Assembly (NCBI RefSeq): GCF_964204645.1
Contig: NC_134029.1
Location: 16,238,950-16,302,949, forward strand
DNA: 64,000 bases
Direction of reading: 5' to 3'
From: Tubulanus polymorphus
Lineage: Eukaryota > Animalia > Nemertea
A model generated the notes under the pieces. That model searched no databases. It saw only the letters and a program-made list of their open reading frames with translations, and was not told the origin of the DNA. Every line of letters begins with the position of its first letter. Position 1 is the first letter of the stretch. Both the position numbers and the translations under genes were made by a program. Below are positions 34,686 to 47,796 of this stretch, piece by piece.

Positions 34686-35157
34686 CTATAAAATCATCAT
34701 TTTTAATCATATTTTTGATCACCAATCCACCATACTAGACTACCTGGCGAATATCTGAAGTATGTAAGGTATCTATTCAGACTGAAACTGCGCAGGTTTC
34801 TATGCGACCAAGCACTAGACTGTACAGGGAAAATCTGCATATGAGTCTTTAGATTGCGCTTATTGCCTTTAACGCTTTGAGGCCATAAGCATGCTTGATA
34901 AACTCTACCAAGCTCATAGATTAATATGGCTGATAACGCCTTAAAGTAAATGAAAGGCAAGCTGAAATCCCATCCTGATATGTTAGATTCATTCCCAAAA
35001 ATATGCCCATCTCTCATTTCAATAAACTATGGCAAACACAAAGAACCTAGAAGCCTAACAATTAAGACCTAAATTTCCACAACAAAAGCATATTCAAAAT
35101 TTCATCCAACTGGGATAAAAGCATTAATTCTTGTGTATTACATCATGTTGTGCTTAC

Positions 35158-35320
35158 CTGTGATCTAAAAATAAAAACTTCCACTCAATACTGTGTCGGG
35201 ATATGAATTCTCTCATACTATTATCCGGTGTATGAATTTCACGTAATAATGGTGCATTATTTAGTCGTAAAATACAACAGAAATATTCATCCTTATTCAC
35301 TTCTTTGGTATACACAGAAT
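35158..35320 (-). CDS. Clock: Clock coding exon 8 (PAS-B start)
   Basis: EFISRHSIEWKFLFLDHR followed by gtaagc. Confidence 0.95.
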
Positions 35321-35461
35321 CTATGATAAATGAATAATATGAATAAAACAAGAGTTCCAGGGACACCATGCCCACTTGGTGAAATGCTCGATAATCTGAC
35401 AGTTTCAGTATACAACACCACATGGTGAACATACACAGGTGTGTTTTCAGTAGATATATGT

Positions 35462-36730
35462 AACTAGGGGTCCAGGGACACCATGCCCACTTGGGAAGTG
35501 GTTTCAAATGCTCAACAATCTAACAATTTCAATATTCAACGCCCTCTGGTGACCATATACAAAAACCAATGACCTTGAAACTCAATGCAATCATAAAACA
35601 TGTCAGCAGCTACGATTTTGTAATTGATTGTGATAACAAAAATGCCTCGTTACTAATTTACTATGGAAATACTAAGTTAATCTACTATTCAACGCCCCCT
35701 GGTGACCATATTCAAAACCCAATAACCTTGTAACTCACCATATTCATAGAACATGTCATGAACTACAACTTTGCAATTGTTCATGGTAACAAAATATGCC
35801 TAGGTACCAATATAATAAGGAAATACCAGGTTATTCTACTATTCAACGCCCCCTGGTGACAATATAGAGTAACTAATTTCCTTAAAACTCACCACAATCA
35901 TAGACGATGTCATGAGCTACAACTTTGCAATTGATTGCGGTAACAAAATATGTATTGGTACAAATATAATATAGAAATACTAAGATATTGTATTATTCAA
36001 CGCCCCCTGGTGGCCATATACAAAAAACAATGAACTTGAAACTCACCCCAATCATAGAACACGTTATACGCTACAACTTTCTAATTCATTGTTGTAACAA
36101 AATATGCTTAGGTAACAATATAGTGTCGAAAAACTTTTTCCCACCTACGAATGAGTACTAATGACACCAAGATGGCCGCCAATTGCGTCATAATTGGCGG
36201 ATCAAAAATACCTATCTCAGGTATAAAACATCCCTTTACAAAGAATACCCATCACAAATTGCAATGAGAAATGGCAAACCAGTAGGAAGCTACAGGACCT
36301 AGAATTCTGGCCAAAATTGACATTTTTGGGCACTAAAAAGGTCATAGGACGGCCATCTTGAGTCAGATGGACCCAATTTTTCTTATGCTGATGGGCCCTT
36401 GGTAGATTCAAATATATTCGAAAGATCAAGGTAATTGATCATATTGTCTTCAAAATTTCCCTCGTAAACTTCGAAAATGTGTAAAAAGTGCTGATTTTGG
36501 CGAACAACAATGCTGGTCGGCCATCTTGATTCTGATAGGGCCAGTTTTTGGGCTGAAGATGTGTCTAGGGTAGATACATGTATAAACCAAATATCAAGAC
36601 ATTACCTTGAAGCGTCTTCAAAAGTTCCCAAAATAACTGGATTCCGTCTACGGACGAACGGACGGACGGACGACGGACGAAAAGTGAACGCAATAGCCCG
36701 CTGGGACTAAAGTCCCAAGTGGGCTAAAAA
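35462..36730 (-). mobile_element. HINE family 2 copy (complete)
   Basis: TTTTTAGCCCACTTGGGACTTTAGTCCCAGCGGGCT start, (GTCC)n, about four 140-bp units, CCCAAGTGGGC subTIR, CTAGTT end. Confidence 0.88.
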
Positions 36731-36898
36731 GCAAACAGCAAGAAAATCTATTGAGGCATCTTCGAGATATCCGAAGTAACTGCATTCAGCCTATGGAGAG
36801 ATGGACATATGAAAAGCGAATTCCAATAGTCAGCTGGAATTTAAGTCCCAAGTAAACCAACAAGAATCCATAATTTCACTGACTAATAAGGTACATAC

Positions 36899-37006
36899 CA
36901 GAATCACCGCAATTCTTTAAACAGCCTTGACTTTCAACTTTTTGGAAGGCACCTTTCTCATTTGAATTCATAGTTTTCATGTGAAATTGCAAGTATAATT
37001 GATTAT
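36899..37006 (-). CDS. Clock: Clock coding exon 7
   Basis: Phase 1-1, LQFHMKT..FQKVESQG; alternative acceptor at 37009. Confidence 0.75.
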
Positions 37007-37105
37007 CTACTTATTTGAGAAAAAAAAGGAGGAACATTTTTATTAACAATCAAACAATAATCAACTGACATTCATGTATGAAATTTTCAAAAGAATGATG
37101 CGTAC

Positions 37106-37217
37106 CTTTTCCATTATTGCTTGTCAGATTCATCCTATGCCTAGCTAACCGATTGTACACATCAATTCTGTCTTCTTTATGAATGAAATCAAATATTGAA
37201 TGGTTGTGCAATTCATA
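37106..37217 (-). CDS. Clock: Clock coding exon 6 (PAS-A)
   Basis: SIFDFIHKEDRIDVYNRL; ttcag/gtacgc. Confidence 0.9.
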
Positions 37218-37319
37218 CTGAAATCACATTACATACAATTATAATGATACATCATACTATTCATTCATGCAATATACATGTATTTAGAAAAATATGTATC
37301 AGGAAATAAATATACATAC

Positions 37320-37409
37320 AGGGAAATAACCTAAAATTGGTTTAACATTGTCTGATATATAAGCTATTTTACCAGTTACATTAAAAACCATTAAAAATCC
37401 ATGAGTAGC
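37320..37409 (-). CDS. Clock: Clock coding exon 5 (PAS-A)
   Basis: ATHGFLMVFNVTGKIAYISDNVKPILGYFP; tgcag/gtatgt. Confidence 0.92.
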
Positions 37410-37754
37410 CTGCAAAAGAAAACAATTTTTTCATTAAGGATACAAAGGCACCAAACCCTGAAGGCAAACAGACAATCAGATCTTTATCTTACTGGTAGCA
37501 ATTGATTTACAATGCCCAGATAAAGAAAATGAAAATCACATAAATATGTAAGACATTCTACTGATTCCTGGGACACAATGACAAACAGTTGGCAATAAAT
37601 GATATGACATCTGTATTTTCAATCATGGCCTCTAATCACAGAAATCCACGTAACCGCAGAAACTTATCATCCATGTATGGTCGATCCTTAAAATGTTTCA
37701 GGAAACACCCCCCGCCCCTGATAAGGTTTCTGAGTAAATAAATTTCATACTTAC

Positions 37755-37846
37755 ATCGAGCATTATTTGAATAAATTCGTCATTTGTTAAAAAAGAAGGT
37801 TTCCAATTTTCTTCGATTTCATGTGCTTGTGACTCCATTGCAATAT
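37755..37846 (-). CDS. Clock: Clock coding exon 4
   Basis: EIEENWKPSFLTNDEFIQIMLD; tgcag/gtaagt. Confidence 0.95.
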
Positions 37847-37883
37847 CTGCACAAATACAAAATATCAACACACAAAAATGAAT

Positions 37884-38212
37884 CAGCGGCAGATCCAGGG
37901 GGGTTGCACAGGGGGGCACGTGCACCCCCAAATTTCTTATGGACCGACCTTTTCGTGAGAACGAAGACAAACATGTGAAAAATCCCTGAAAATGTGTAAA
38001 ATTATGTCGTCGTTTACAATTACCAGTGCTTTTTTTAGGGCAGTCCAACATCGTTCATGAAAGTTGGGAAAATCACTTTTCAAATTGCGAGTTAAATCGT
38101 ACTCTGATCGTACCCAGAACGCGTCTGCGAGTCTAATTTTTAAAAATTTTCTGGGGGGAACCCCTATTTAGATTTGTACACCGTCCTCCATGGAATCCTG
38201 GATCCGACACTG
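37884..38212. mobile_element. hAT-like MITE
   Basis: TIRs CAGCGGCAGATCCAGG / CCTGGATCCGACACTG; TGAAT on both flanks. Confidence 0.75.
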
Positions 38213-38579
38213 TGAATAAACCTCACAGATCATTTTCGCTATGGGAATCAGGACTAATCTTAAAGGCGTCGGTTACCAACGGCCCAGGCGGACCACTTCA
38301 TTCAGGATAAGGTAGCACACGCTCGTTCTTTTTGATGAAAAATGACCCATTCCTCGATTTTATGGGTTTCTCCAAATGAGCCCTTTCCGGAGAAAATCAA
38401 GGGTGATTTCATTGAAACAGCCCCTGTTTTCCCAATTCTTTAACCCATTTCCCGTGTGATTAAGAACGCGGGTGCGTCCCATATGTTGAAGGAAGTGATC
38501 CGCAGTCCCATTAGCAAATTCAGATGTTGTTTTGGAAATAGGGCCCTGGGTAAAGTTTCACGCTTCTCCCTAACAATAA

Positions 38580-41500
38580 AATAGGGTCCAGGGACACCAT
38601 GCCCACTTGGGAAGTGGTTTCAAACGCTCAACAATTTAACAATTTCAATATTCAACGCCCCTGGTGACCATATACAAAAACCAATGACCTTGAAACTTAC
38701 CACAATCATAGCTCATGTCAGCAGCTACGATTTTGTAATTGATTGTGATAACAAACTATGCCTCGTTACCAATTCAATATGGAAATACTAAGTAATTCTA
38801 CTATTCAACACCCCCTGGTGACCATATGCAAAACACAATGACCTTCCAACTCACCACGATCATAGAACATGTTATGACCTACAACTTTGCAATTGATTGT
38901 CGTAACAAAATATGCCCAGGTACCAATCTGATAAGGAAATACTAAGTTATTCTACTATTCAACGCCCCCTAGTGATCGTATAGAGAAACTAATGTCCTTA
39001 AAACTCACCACAATCATAGACGATGTCATGAACTAGAACTTTGCAATTGATTGTGGTAACAAAATATGCACAGGCACAAATATAATATACAAATACTAAG
39101 TTATTGTATTATTCAAAGCCCCCTGGTGGCCAATTTTTCTTATGCTGATGGGCCCTTGGGGGATTCAAATATATATGAAAGATCAAGGTTCAAAATTTCC
39201 CTCAAAAAGTTCAAAAATGTGTAACAAGTGCTGATTTTGGAGAACAAGAGCCCCAAGGGGCACAATGGCCAGCCTGTCAGATTTGCTTTTTATAAATGAT
39301 GTAATCCGTGGGTTATATTTATCAATATACACTCCCTGCTCAATATCATTTACATAGTAAAATCGTGTGTTAACACAGACAGCAGGAACGAATGTAATAT
39401 AGAAATACTAAGTTATTGTATTGTTCAACGCCCCTGGTGGCCATATACAAAAACCAATGAGCTTGAAACTCAACAAGATCATAGACCATGTCATGAGCTA
39501 CAACTTTCCAATTGATTGAGTTAGCAAAATATGCATAGGTACGAATGTAATATAGAAATACTAAGTTATTGTATTGTTCAACGCCCCCTGGTGGCCATAA
39601 ACAAAAACCAATGAGCTTGAAACTCATCTCGATCATAGAACATGTCATGAGCTACAACTTTCCAATTGATTATAGTAGCAAAATATGCTTAAGTATCAAT
39701 TATGATGTGGAAAAACTTTTTTTCCACCTACGAATGAGTACTGATGACCCCAAGATGGCAGCCAAGTGCGTCATAATTGCCTGGTCAAAAATACCCTCTT
39801 GGATATAAAAGATCCCTTTCCAAAGAATACCCATTACAAATTGCTATGAAACATGGCACACCATTAAAAAGCTACAGTACTCAGAATTCAGGCCAAAATT
39901 GACATTTTTGGGAACAAAAAAGGTTACAGTACGGCCATCTTGAGTCTGATCGACCCAATTTTTCTCATGCCGATAGGCCCTTGGGGGATACAAATATATA
40001 CGAATGATCAAGGTTATTGATAAAAGTGTCTTCAAAATTTCCCTCGAAAACTTCAAAAATGTGTAAAAAGTGCTGATTTTGGCGAACAACAATGGCTGCC
40101 AGTCGGCCATCTTGAATCTGACAGGGCCAGTTTTTGGCCTGAAGATGTGTCTAGGGTAGATACACGTATAAACCAAATATCAAGACATTACCTTGAAGCG
40201 TCTTCAAAACTTTGGAACTCTCACGAACTATCTAGATGGTTATCTCTCGACCTAAATAGCTTCAAGAGCCATCTCAAAACAACTTTGTTCCATGCAGCAT
40301 ACCATTAACTCTCGGAAAGCGAATTGTATTTAACATTTTTTTGGCAGAATAAAATTTGATTGAATTTGCAATTCGGGCACATGGCTAATTAGCATATCAA
40401 GTTCATACACTCGATTTGGGAAAAGCAATTTTTTGCGAACCTTGCGCAATTGTCAAGGATGAATTTTCTGTAGAGCAAATAAAAATTCCTCCCAAACACC
40501 AAATCAACTAAAGATTTCATAGAAATCGATGTTGAAATACAATTTTAAATCTTAAAATAAAACCCGGAAGTAAAACAGTAGACGATACCGCGGGTTCACG
40601 TGAACACCTGATTTCTGTAAACGAAATGTTGGTTGTGACAAAATTGTTCAGCCGGTTTTAGGTGGTAATAAGTAGGCTACGGAAACGTAACGACCATGGT
40701 CGACTTATTCGATGAAATCAGGCCTATGTGATATCCAAATTTTGACTTTTTTATTCTCCAGACCTCCCTGATATAGAAATAAAAAATTTTGGTGGTACGA
40801 AAGTGCAATCACAGCGCCGACGGGGACAGAGCCGTGTCAGTGATCGGCGGAGTGAAAATTGAGGTGGACGAACACGAAAAAGTAGGCTATTGCGCTACTT
40901 GAATCACGAAAACTCCTGGCGCGGCCCCCGACGCTTTTCGTTAAGTAATAAAAATATCATGCAATGGGTTTTCACAATCTACTGCTGGTATTTACCGGAT
41001 TTCAATATCACTCCAAAATTCAAAGAAACCTCGAAATATCGAACTGGAATACTTCCGGTAGATATGCGCGGCTGCCCAACCGGGAAACTTATTAGTTTCA
41101 ATAGATATTGATAGGATCCATCATCTTCACCCGTCAAGGGATTCGAACCCACTAAGCTAAAGCCATGCCAGAATCGGGTCGGGGCAATCACAGCGCTTGT
41201 AACAAACCACATTAGGCTTCTGTAGAATTTCTCAGTAAATGGGCCAATCAGCGAACACGTAGCGAACGCGGAAGTATTGTCGCGTGTTGATACATAAAGT
41301 CATGCGCAAAAGCGCCAGTAATGAAATCGTGATAATTCACGTGAACAGCTGCTGATATTTTCAGATAAACCAATCACAGGGAAGACACAACTTCCTGATT
41401 GGCTGATAAAAATTGAAATTTTCCCGATTTAACTTTCGTGAAAAATGCAGAAAACATTTTTATGAGACCCTATTTCAAAATTCTGCTCGCTACGATTCCG

Positions 41501-42241
41501 AGAATGGATTACGCTTAAATACGTGATTTGTTCGAATATGCCCTCACTTGGCAAGCAAAAGAGCCTTTTGTGTGGAAACCATGTCATTTAAATTCGCTCC
41601 ATTTGTATAGTAATAGGCTCAGCCTACGGCTGGCCTAATAACAATAGCTGCCAGTTGGCCATCTTGATTCTGACAGGGCCAGTTTTTGGGCTGAAGATGT
41701 GTCTAGGGTAGATACACGTGTAACCCAAATATCAAGACATTACATTGAAGCGTCTTCGAAACTTCCCAAAATAACGGACGAATGGACGGACGAAAAGTTA
41801 ATGCAATGGCCCGCTGGGATTTAAGTCCCAAGTGGACTAAAAAAGTGTAAAAAGTGCTGATTGTGTAACCCAAATATGAAGACATTACATTGTCTGTTTG
41901 AAGCGTCTTCAAAACTTCCCAAAATAACTAGATTCCGTCTACGGACGGACGAACGACAGACGAAAAGTGAACGCAATAGCCCGCTGGGACTAAAGTCCCA
42001 AGTGGGCTAAAAAGTGCTGATTTTGGCGAACAACAATGGCTGCCAGTCAGCCATCTTGCTTCTGACAGGGCCAGTTTTTGGGCTGAAGAGGTGTCTAGGG
42101 TAGATACATGTGTAACCCAAATATCAAGACATTACATTGAGGCGTCTTTAAAACTTCCCAAAATAAAGTCAACTGAGGGATGGACGGACAAAAAGTGAAC
42201 GCAATAGCCCGCAGGGACTTAATTCCCAAGTGGGCTAAAAA
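38580..42241 (-). mobile_element. HINE family 2 copy with triplicated 5' segment, interrupted by HINE family 1
   Basis: Family 2 3' end near 38583; three tandem 5'-end modules in 41640-42241. Confidence 0.75.
39245..41638 (-). mobile_element. HINE family 1, second copy
   Basis: End-to-end match to 23336-25708 with scattered substitutions and indels. Confidence 0.9.
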
Positions 42242-42251
42242 TAGTACAAAC

Positions 42252-42400
42252 CATTATGTAGTTTAATGTAAGCAATAGTAGCTTTAAGCACAGCCGATTT
42301 GTCCATTTTACGTTCACTGCTTGAAACCATGGTGAATAGTTCGCTGATTAACAAATTGAATTGATCTCTTCGTTTCTTTTCACTTAAATTACGTGACTTT
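42252..42400 (-). CDS. Clock: Clock coding exon 3 (bHLH)
   Basis: RKSRNLSEKKRRDQFNLLISEL..RKMDKSAVLKATIAYIK. Confidence 0.96.
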
Positions 42401-43067
42401 CTGAAATATATGCATCAACTCTTCCTTAGTTGAATTGAAGCTGTGTGTTAAATGGACAGTACAAAGGAACCAGTAGATAGCTGGCCTAATTGGGGAAATT
42501 TCAGAGTGAACAATCCCTTGCCGATCGACTTAAATGTCATTGGTGAGACCAGTTATTTGAATTTCTCTTCCAAAGTTTAACGCAATCGGATAACCTAAAC
42601 AGCATTTGCCATAATCCAGAACAATTTTGATAATTCACCTAGGCCTATATTAAGAATTGACATAATGAAGCATGATGTTTTTGTGTGCATTTCAGCAGCA
42701 TGGGCAGTACAGTAAACATTTTTAAGATGTACCAGGCAGCTGTATGCACCAACACAATGCAGCTGAAGCTAAATTTAAACCAAAGCTAAGAGAATTAACC
42801 CTTCAAAAATGGTTTTTTCAAAAAATAAAGCAATCCCACATTTGCATGCACAAGGTTGTCTAATGATACACCATTTCAACTGCAAACAATCCCAATTACC
42901 CCATCCTATGAATTTGGTGCATTGATTAAAATATATTTGACAGACAGCCAATATTCAAAACGGTCAAAAAGGTAGACCAAAGCACTTCAACCATAAGTAA
43001 TTTTTGAATTTTGGAGTCTAGATTAAATTCTATAGATGCCAAACACCGTTGAGTTAATGGTACAAAC

Positions 43068-43127
43068 CTTTTGCCTTTTCCAGTTGTTTGATAATCATCT
43101 TCACTTTCATCATACAGTTCTTCTCCA
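43068..43127 (-). CDS. Clock: Clock coding exon 2
   Basis: Acidic GEELYDESEDD..KGKR before bHLH; ttcag/gtttgt, phase 2-2. Confidence 0.85.
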
Positions 43128-43199
43128 CTGAAATACACAATTATATATGTATTGAAGACTCAACTTATTCTATCACTTGCTCTCCACTTTATTAATTAC

Positions 43200-43309
43200 C
43201 TCGTGAATGTCGAATTTGCACCAAGTGATGTTTTCTTTCCAAAATTCATGTTGCATTGATGAACAAAGCATAGACTAGAATGCTTGGGAGAATGTCCCTC
43301 TAGTGACAT
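43200..43309 (-). CDS. Clock: Clock putative first coding exon
   Basis: ATG 43309 (alternative 43249), open to AG/gtaatt, phase 2 matches next exon. Confidence 0.55.
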
Positions 43310-43958
43310 AGGACTTGAGACACTGCAGCAAAGAAGCTATAGGCCTTATCTACATCCCTATCTTTTTACAAGCATCATACTGGAATCCACTGCCGTACTG
43401 CGAAGAAGTTGGTACCGGTATTTTCACAGAAAGGTCGCACATGGATAATTACTACTAATTCAATTAGAAAAAAATAGTGAGAACAAATCATTAGACTGCA
43501 TTCAAGTAGCTTTTATTCTTGAAAGTCAGAGCAATTACATGCCAACATTATACTGTAGATTCTGTTTAACTTGAATTCATTGGGACCAAAAACAAATCAA
43601 CGAGTTAAGTGCAATTTGAGTTAGGGTTTTCAACGTTAAATTGGCCAAATTAAATCATAAGAAATCGCTTTGTTTAATTAGATGCTAAGGGAGCGTTCAC
43701 AAATTACGTACCTCAAAATCTCCCATTTTTCTGACCCCCCCTCCCCCCTTATACCACCTTTGTACCAAATTCACTGACCCCCCTCTAAGGTACGTACCAT
43801 CGCACCCATGATGAATTACAGTCGATAGAAGTGGAGAGGTCATTTTCAGATTCACGATTAGTTACCAGCCTTGTTTTTTTATTATACAGGGATACTGGAG
43901 GTGGTCAGTGATACTGGTTTTATTCATTTACTATCGATTGTGACAAGGCCCTGTGTAG

Positions 43959-45168
43959 ACTAGGGGTCCAGGGACACCATGCCCACTTGGGAAGTGGTTC
44001 CAAATGCTCAACAATCTAACAATTTCAAAATTCAACGCCCCCTGGTGACCATATACAAAAACCAATGACCTTGAAACTCACCACAATCATAGAACATGTC
44101 AGCAGCTACGATTTTGTAATTGATTGTGATAACAAAATATGCCTCGTTACCAATTTAATATGGAAATACTAAGTTATTCTACTATTCAACGCCCCCTGGT
44201 GACCATATTCAAAACCCAATGACCTCGAAACTCACCACAATCATAGAACATGTCAATTTTGCAATTGATCATGGTAACAAAATATGCCTAGGTACCAATA
44301 TAATAAGGAAATACTACGTTATTCTACTATTCAACGCCCCCTGGTGACCATATAGAAAAACTAATGTCCTTAAAACTCGCAACAATCATAGATGATGTCA
44401 TGAGCTACAACTTTCCAATTGATTGTGGTTACAAAATATGCATAGGTACGAATATAATAAAGAAATGCGAAGATATTATTCAACGCCCCCTGGTGGCCAT
44501 ATGCGAAATCCAATTACCTTGAAACTCACCACAATCATAGAACACATTATGAGCTACAACTTTCTAATTGATTGTGGTAGCAAAATACGCTTAGGTATCA
44601 ATATAATGTGGAAAAACTTTTTCCCACTTACGAATGAGTACTGGTGACACCAAGATGGCCGCCAATTGCGTCATAATTGGCTGATGAAAAATACCTGTCT
44701 CAGGTATAAAACATCCCTTTCCAAAGAATACCCATCACAAATTGCAATGAGAAATGGCAAACCAGTAGGAAGCTACAGGACTCAGAATTCGGGCAAAAAT
44801 TAACATTTTTGGGCACTAAAAAGGTCATCTTGAATCCGATCGACCTAACTTTTATTATGCTGATGGGCCCTGGGGGGATTCACATATATCCGAAAGATCA
44901 AGGTAATTGATCGAAGCGTCTTCAAAATTTCCCTCAAAAAGTTTAAAAATGTGTAAAAAGTGCAGATTTTGGCGAACAACAATGGTTGCCAGTTGGCCAT
45001 CTTGATTCTGACAGGGCCAGTTTTTGGGTTACCTTGAAGCGTCTTCAAAACTTCCCAAAATACTGGATTCCGTCTACGGACGGACCGACGGATGCTATAA
45101 CGGATGGACGACGGACGAAAAGTGAACGCAATAGCCCGCTGGGACTAAAGTCCCAAGTGGGCTAAAAA
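43959..45168 (-). mobile_element. HINE family 2 copy
   Basis: Same ends and tandem units as 35462-36730. Confidence 0.85.
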
Positions 45169-45327
45169 TGGCTCTATATTGTTGTAGTGCCTGTGACACC
45201 ATCAACATTGCCAATAACAACAAAACAAGGAGGATGGATGAAGGAAGTGTCAAATCAAATGCCCATCATATTCATTCAAGTGCCTGTCTCTACCATATAA
45301 TACGCGTACCAGCATGATCACTCACCC

Positions 45328-47796
45328 GTGACCGAATTCGAAACTGACTGCGAAATCGTGTGGTGCAAGCTCACAACTAACAAAGCGAAGCACCTCTACC
45401 TATGCTGCTACTACAACCCGGACACTGCCAACAAGGACCAATATCAGGAACTCTACAAAAGTGTAGAAAAGGCAGTCACATCAGTCAACAACTCAAATAT
45501 CCTTATAGGTGGAGATTTCAACCTACCAGGATGGGCTTGGAACAAAGTGGAACTAAAGCCAGGTACTACTCAAGTACAAACACACCATGATTTCCTGGAA
45601 ATGCTGAATGACTATGGCCTGACCCAGATAGTAGAGGAACCCACTAGGGGCGAACATACCCTCGATCTGCTGGTCACTAACAACCCAACACTCGTTCAAC
45701 GAACAGATACCATGCTAGGAATATCAGACCACGATGTCGTGTATGCTGAGATGAATATCCAGCCCTCTCATAGCAAACAAAAGCCTCGGAAGATACTCCT
45801 GTACAACAGGGCAAACTGGGAAAACATGCGATGCGATATGAAATCCACGCTCGCCCAAGTAACCGAAATGTCCAACAATGGAAACTCAACTGAGGATCTT
45901 TGGAACAACTTCAAAAAACACCTTGAAGTGTGTCCAAAATTATTCCACATAAAAATATCAGGAAAAGAGACAGCAGACCATGGATAGACCAAGCTCTCCG
46001 TCGACGCATCAAACAACGTGATCGCCTCCACCGCAAAATGAAGAAATCAGGACACCCTGAGCATAGAGCCAAATACAGGGAAAGCAGGCGATTAGTGCAT
46101 AGAGATATCAGGAGAGCTTACTGGAAGTATATTGAAACCGTCGTAACCCAAAGTACCAATGATAACACCAGCCAGTTTACTTGTCTTAAAAAGTTTTGGA
46201 CCTACATTAAACACAAAAAATCAGACAGCACTGACATCCCACCGCTAAAAGATCAAGGGAAACTTCAGAGCTCTAACCAGGACAAAGCTAACATCCTTAA
46301 CCGGCAATTCCAGTCTGCGTTCTCTCGTAAGACCAACCTCTCCGAAGACGAACTGCAACAGAGATGTAGCAGTATCGATCAACACCACGAAATGATGGAC
46401 ATTAGCATATCAATACCAGGAGTTACTAAACTACTGAAGAACCTCGATCCCTCAAAAGCTGCAGGCCCCGACAACATAAAACCATGCATACTAAAAGAAC
46501 TCGCAGAAGATATCGCTCCAATACTGACCCTCATATTCAGGAAATCGTATGACTCATCAGAATTACCAACAGACTGGCGCTGAGCAAACGTTGCTCCTAT
46601 CTTCAAAAAAGGAGAGAAGTACGCAGCCGAGAATTATCGCCCTATTTCACTGACATGTTTATGTTGTAACATTCTAGAACACATCATAACGAGCAGCATC
46701 ATGAAACATGGAGAGACACTCAACATACTCTACAAGATGCAGCACGGATTCCGCAGCGGACTGTCATGTGAGACCCAACTGACAGAGTTCATTGACGATG
46801 CAACCCTCAACATGGAGGCCGGTAAACAGACAGACTGCATCATATTGGACTTTAGTAAGGCATTTGATAAAGTGAGTCACCAGTTACTAGTGGAAAAACT
46901 GAGAAGATATGGTATCACAGGGAAAACAAATGCCTGGATCAAAGCCTTCCTCACCAATCGTATGCAGACAGTAGTAGTCTCAGGAGAGTCATCAAACCCT
47001 GTAAGCGTTGAATCAGGTGTACCGCAAGGATCAGTACTGGGGCCGAGCCTATTCCTATGTTACATTAACGACATCCCAGACAATATCCACTCAACAGCTA
47101 GGCTATTCACGGATGACACATTGGTCTATCTCACTGTCTCATCCCAGCAAGAGGCACACATACTACAACAAGATTTAAACCAACTAGCGGAATGGGAAGA
47201 CCGGTGGCTCATGGCATTTCACCCTGAAAAATGCCATGTCCTCAGCATAAAAAAGGGACGAGCTACAGCATACCCTTACACACTGCGGAACCACATCCTA
47301 AGTCACGTGCAGTCGGCCAAGTACCTGGGCGTAACGATCTCCAATAACTTAAACTGGTCGCCGCATGTCAGGTCTCTATGTAGCAAAGCCAATCGCACAA
47401 TAGGATTCCTTAAACGGAACGTAAACATCAGCTCGAAACACGTCAAGGAGGCGGCCTACAAGTCGCTAGTAAGACCGCTCGTCGAATACGCCAGCTCGGT
47501 CTGGGAGCCCCATACCAAGACAGACATCCACAGAAACCAGGAAGCAGTCGTTCTTCCCTCGCACTATCCGAGAGTGGAATAAACTCCCTGCAGACCTGGT
47601 GTCAGTCGACAGCCTTGCAAGCTTCAAGGCTGCTCTCCCTAGCCAATAGTATATTCATGGCTATTTTAATTAAAACAACAAAAAAAACAAAAAATATCCT
47701 TTAAATTTCTCCCTGATACTTATATTTATCCTCTGCGCACCCCCGAAAACTGTAATATTCATTGATGCTGACAGTAAACGGAAGAAGAAGAAGAAG
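45328..47796 (+). mobile_element. 5'-truncated non-LTR retrotransposon (RTEX/CR1-group), APE + RT, inactive
   Basis: GDFN, LDL, SDH (APE); QHGFR, DFSKAFD, GVPQGSVLGP, LFTDD, KYLG (RT); frameshift near 45930, stop at 46581; (GAA)n tail. Confidence 0.92.

Noticed and set aside
35520-36110. CRISPR-like array (recurring CAACGCCCCCTGGTG every ~140 bp)
   Set aside because: Spacers are homologous to each other; this is the HINE internal satellite, and there are no cas genes.
37492-37567. Extra in-frame Clock exon (ESVECLTY...QLLP) with cag/gtaag ends
   Set aside because: The true PAS-A exon is 37320-37409, and inclusion would interrupt a conserved junction; no homology.
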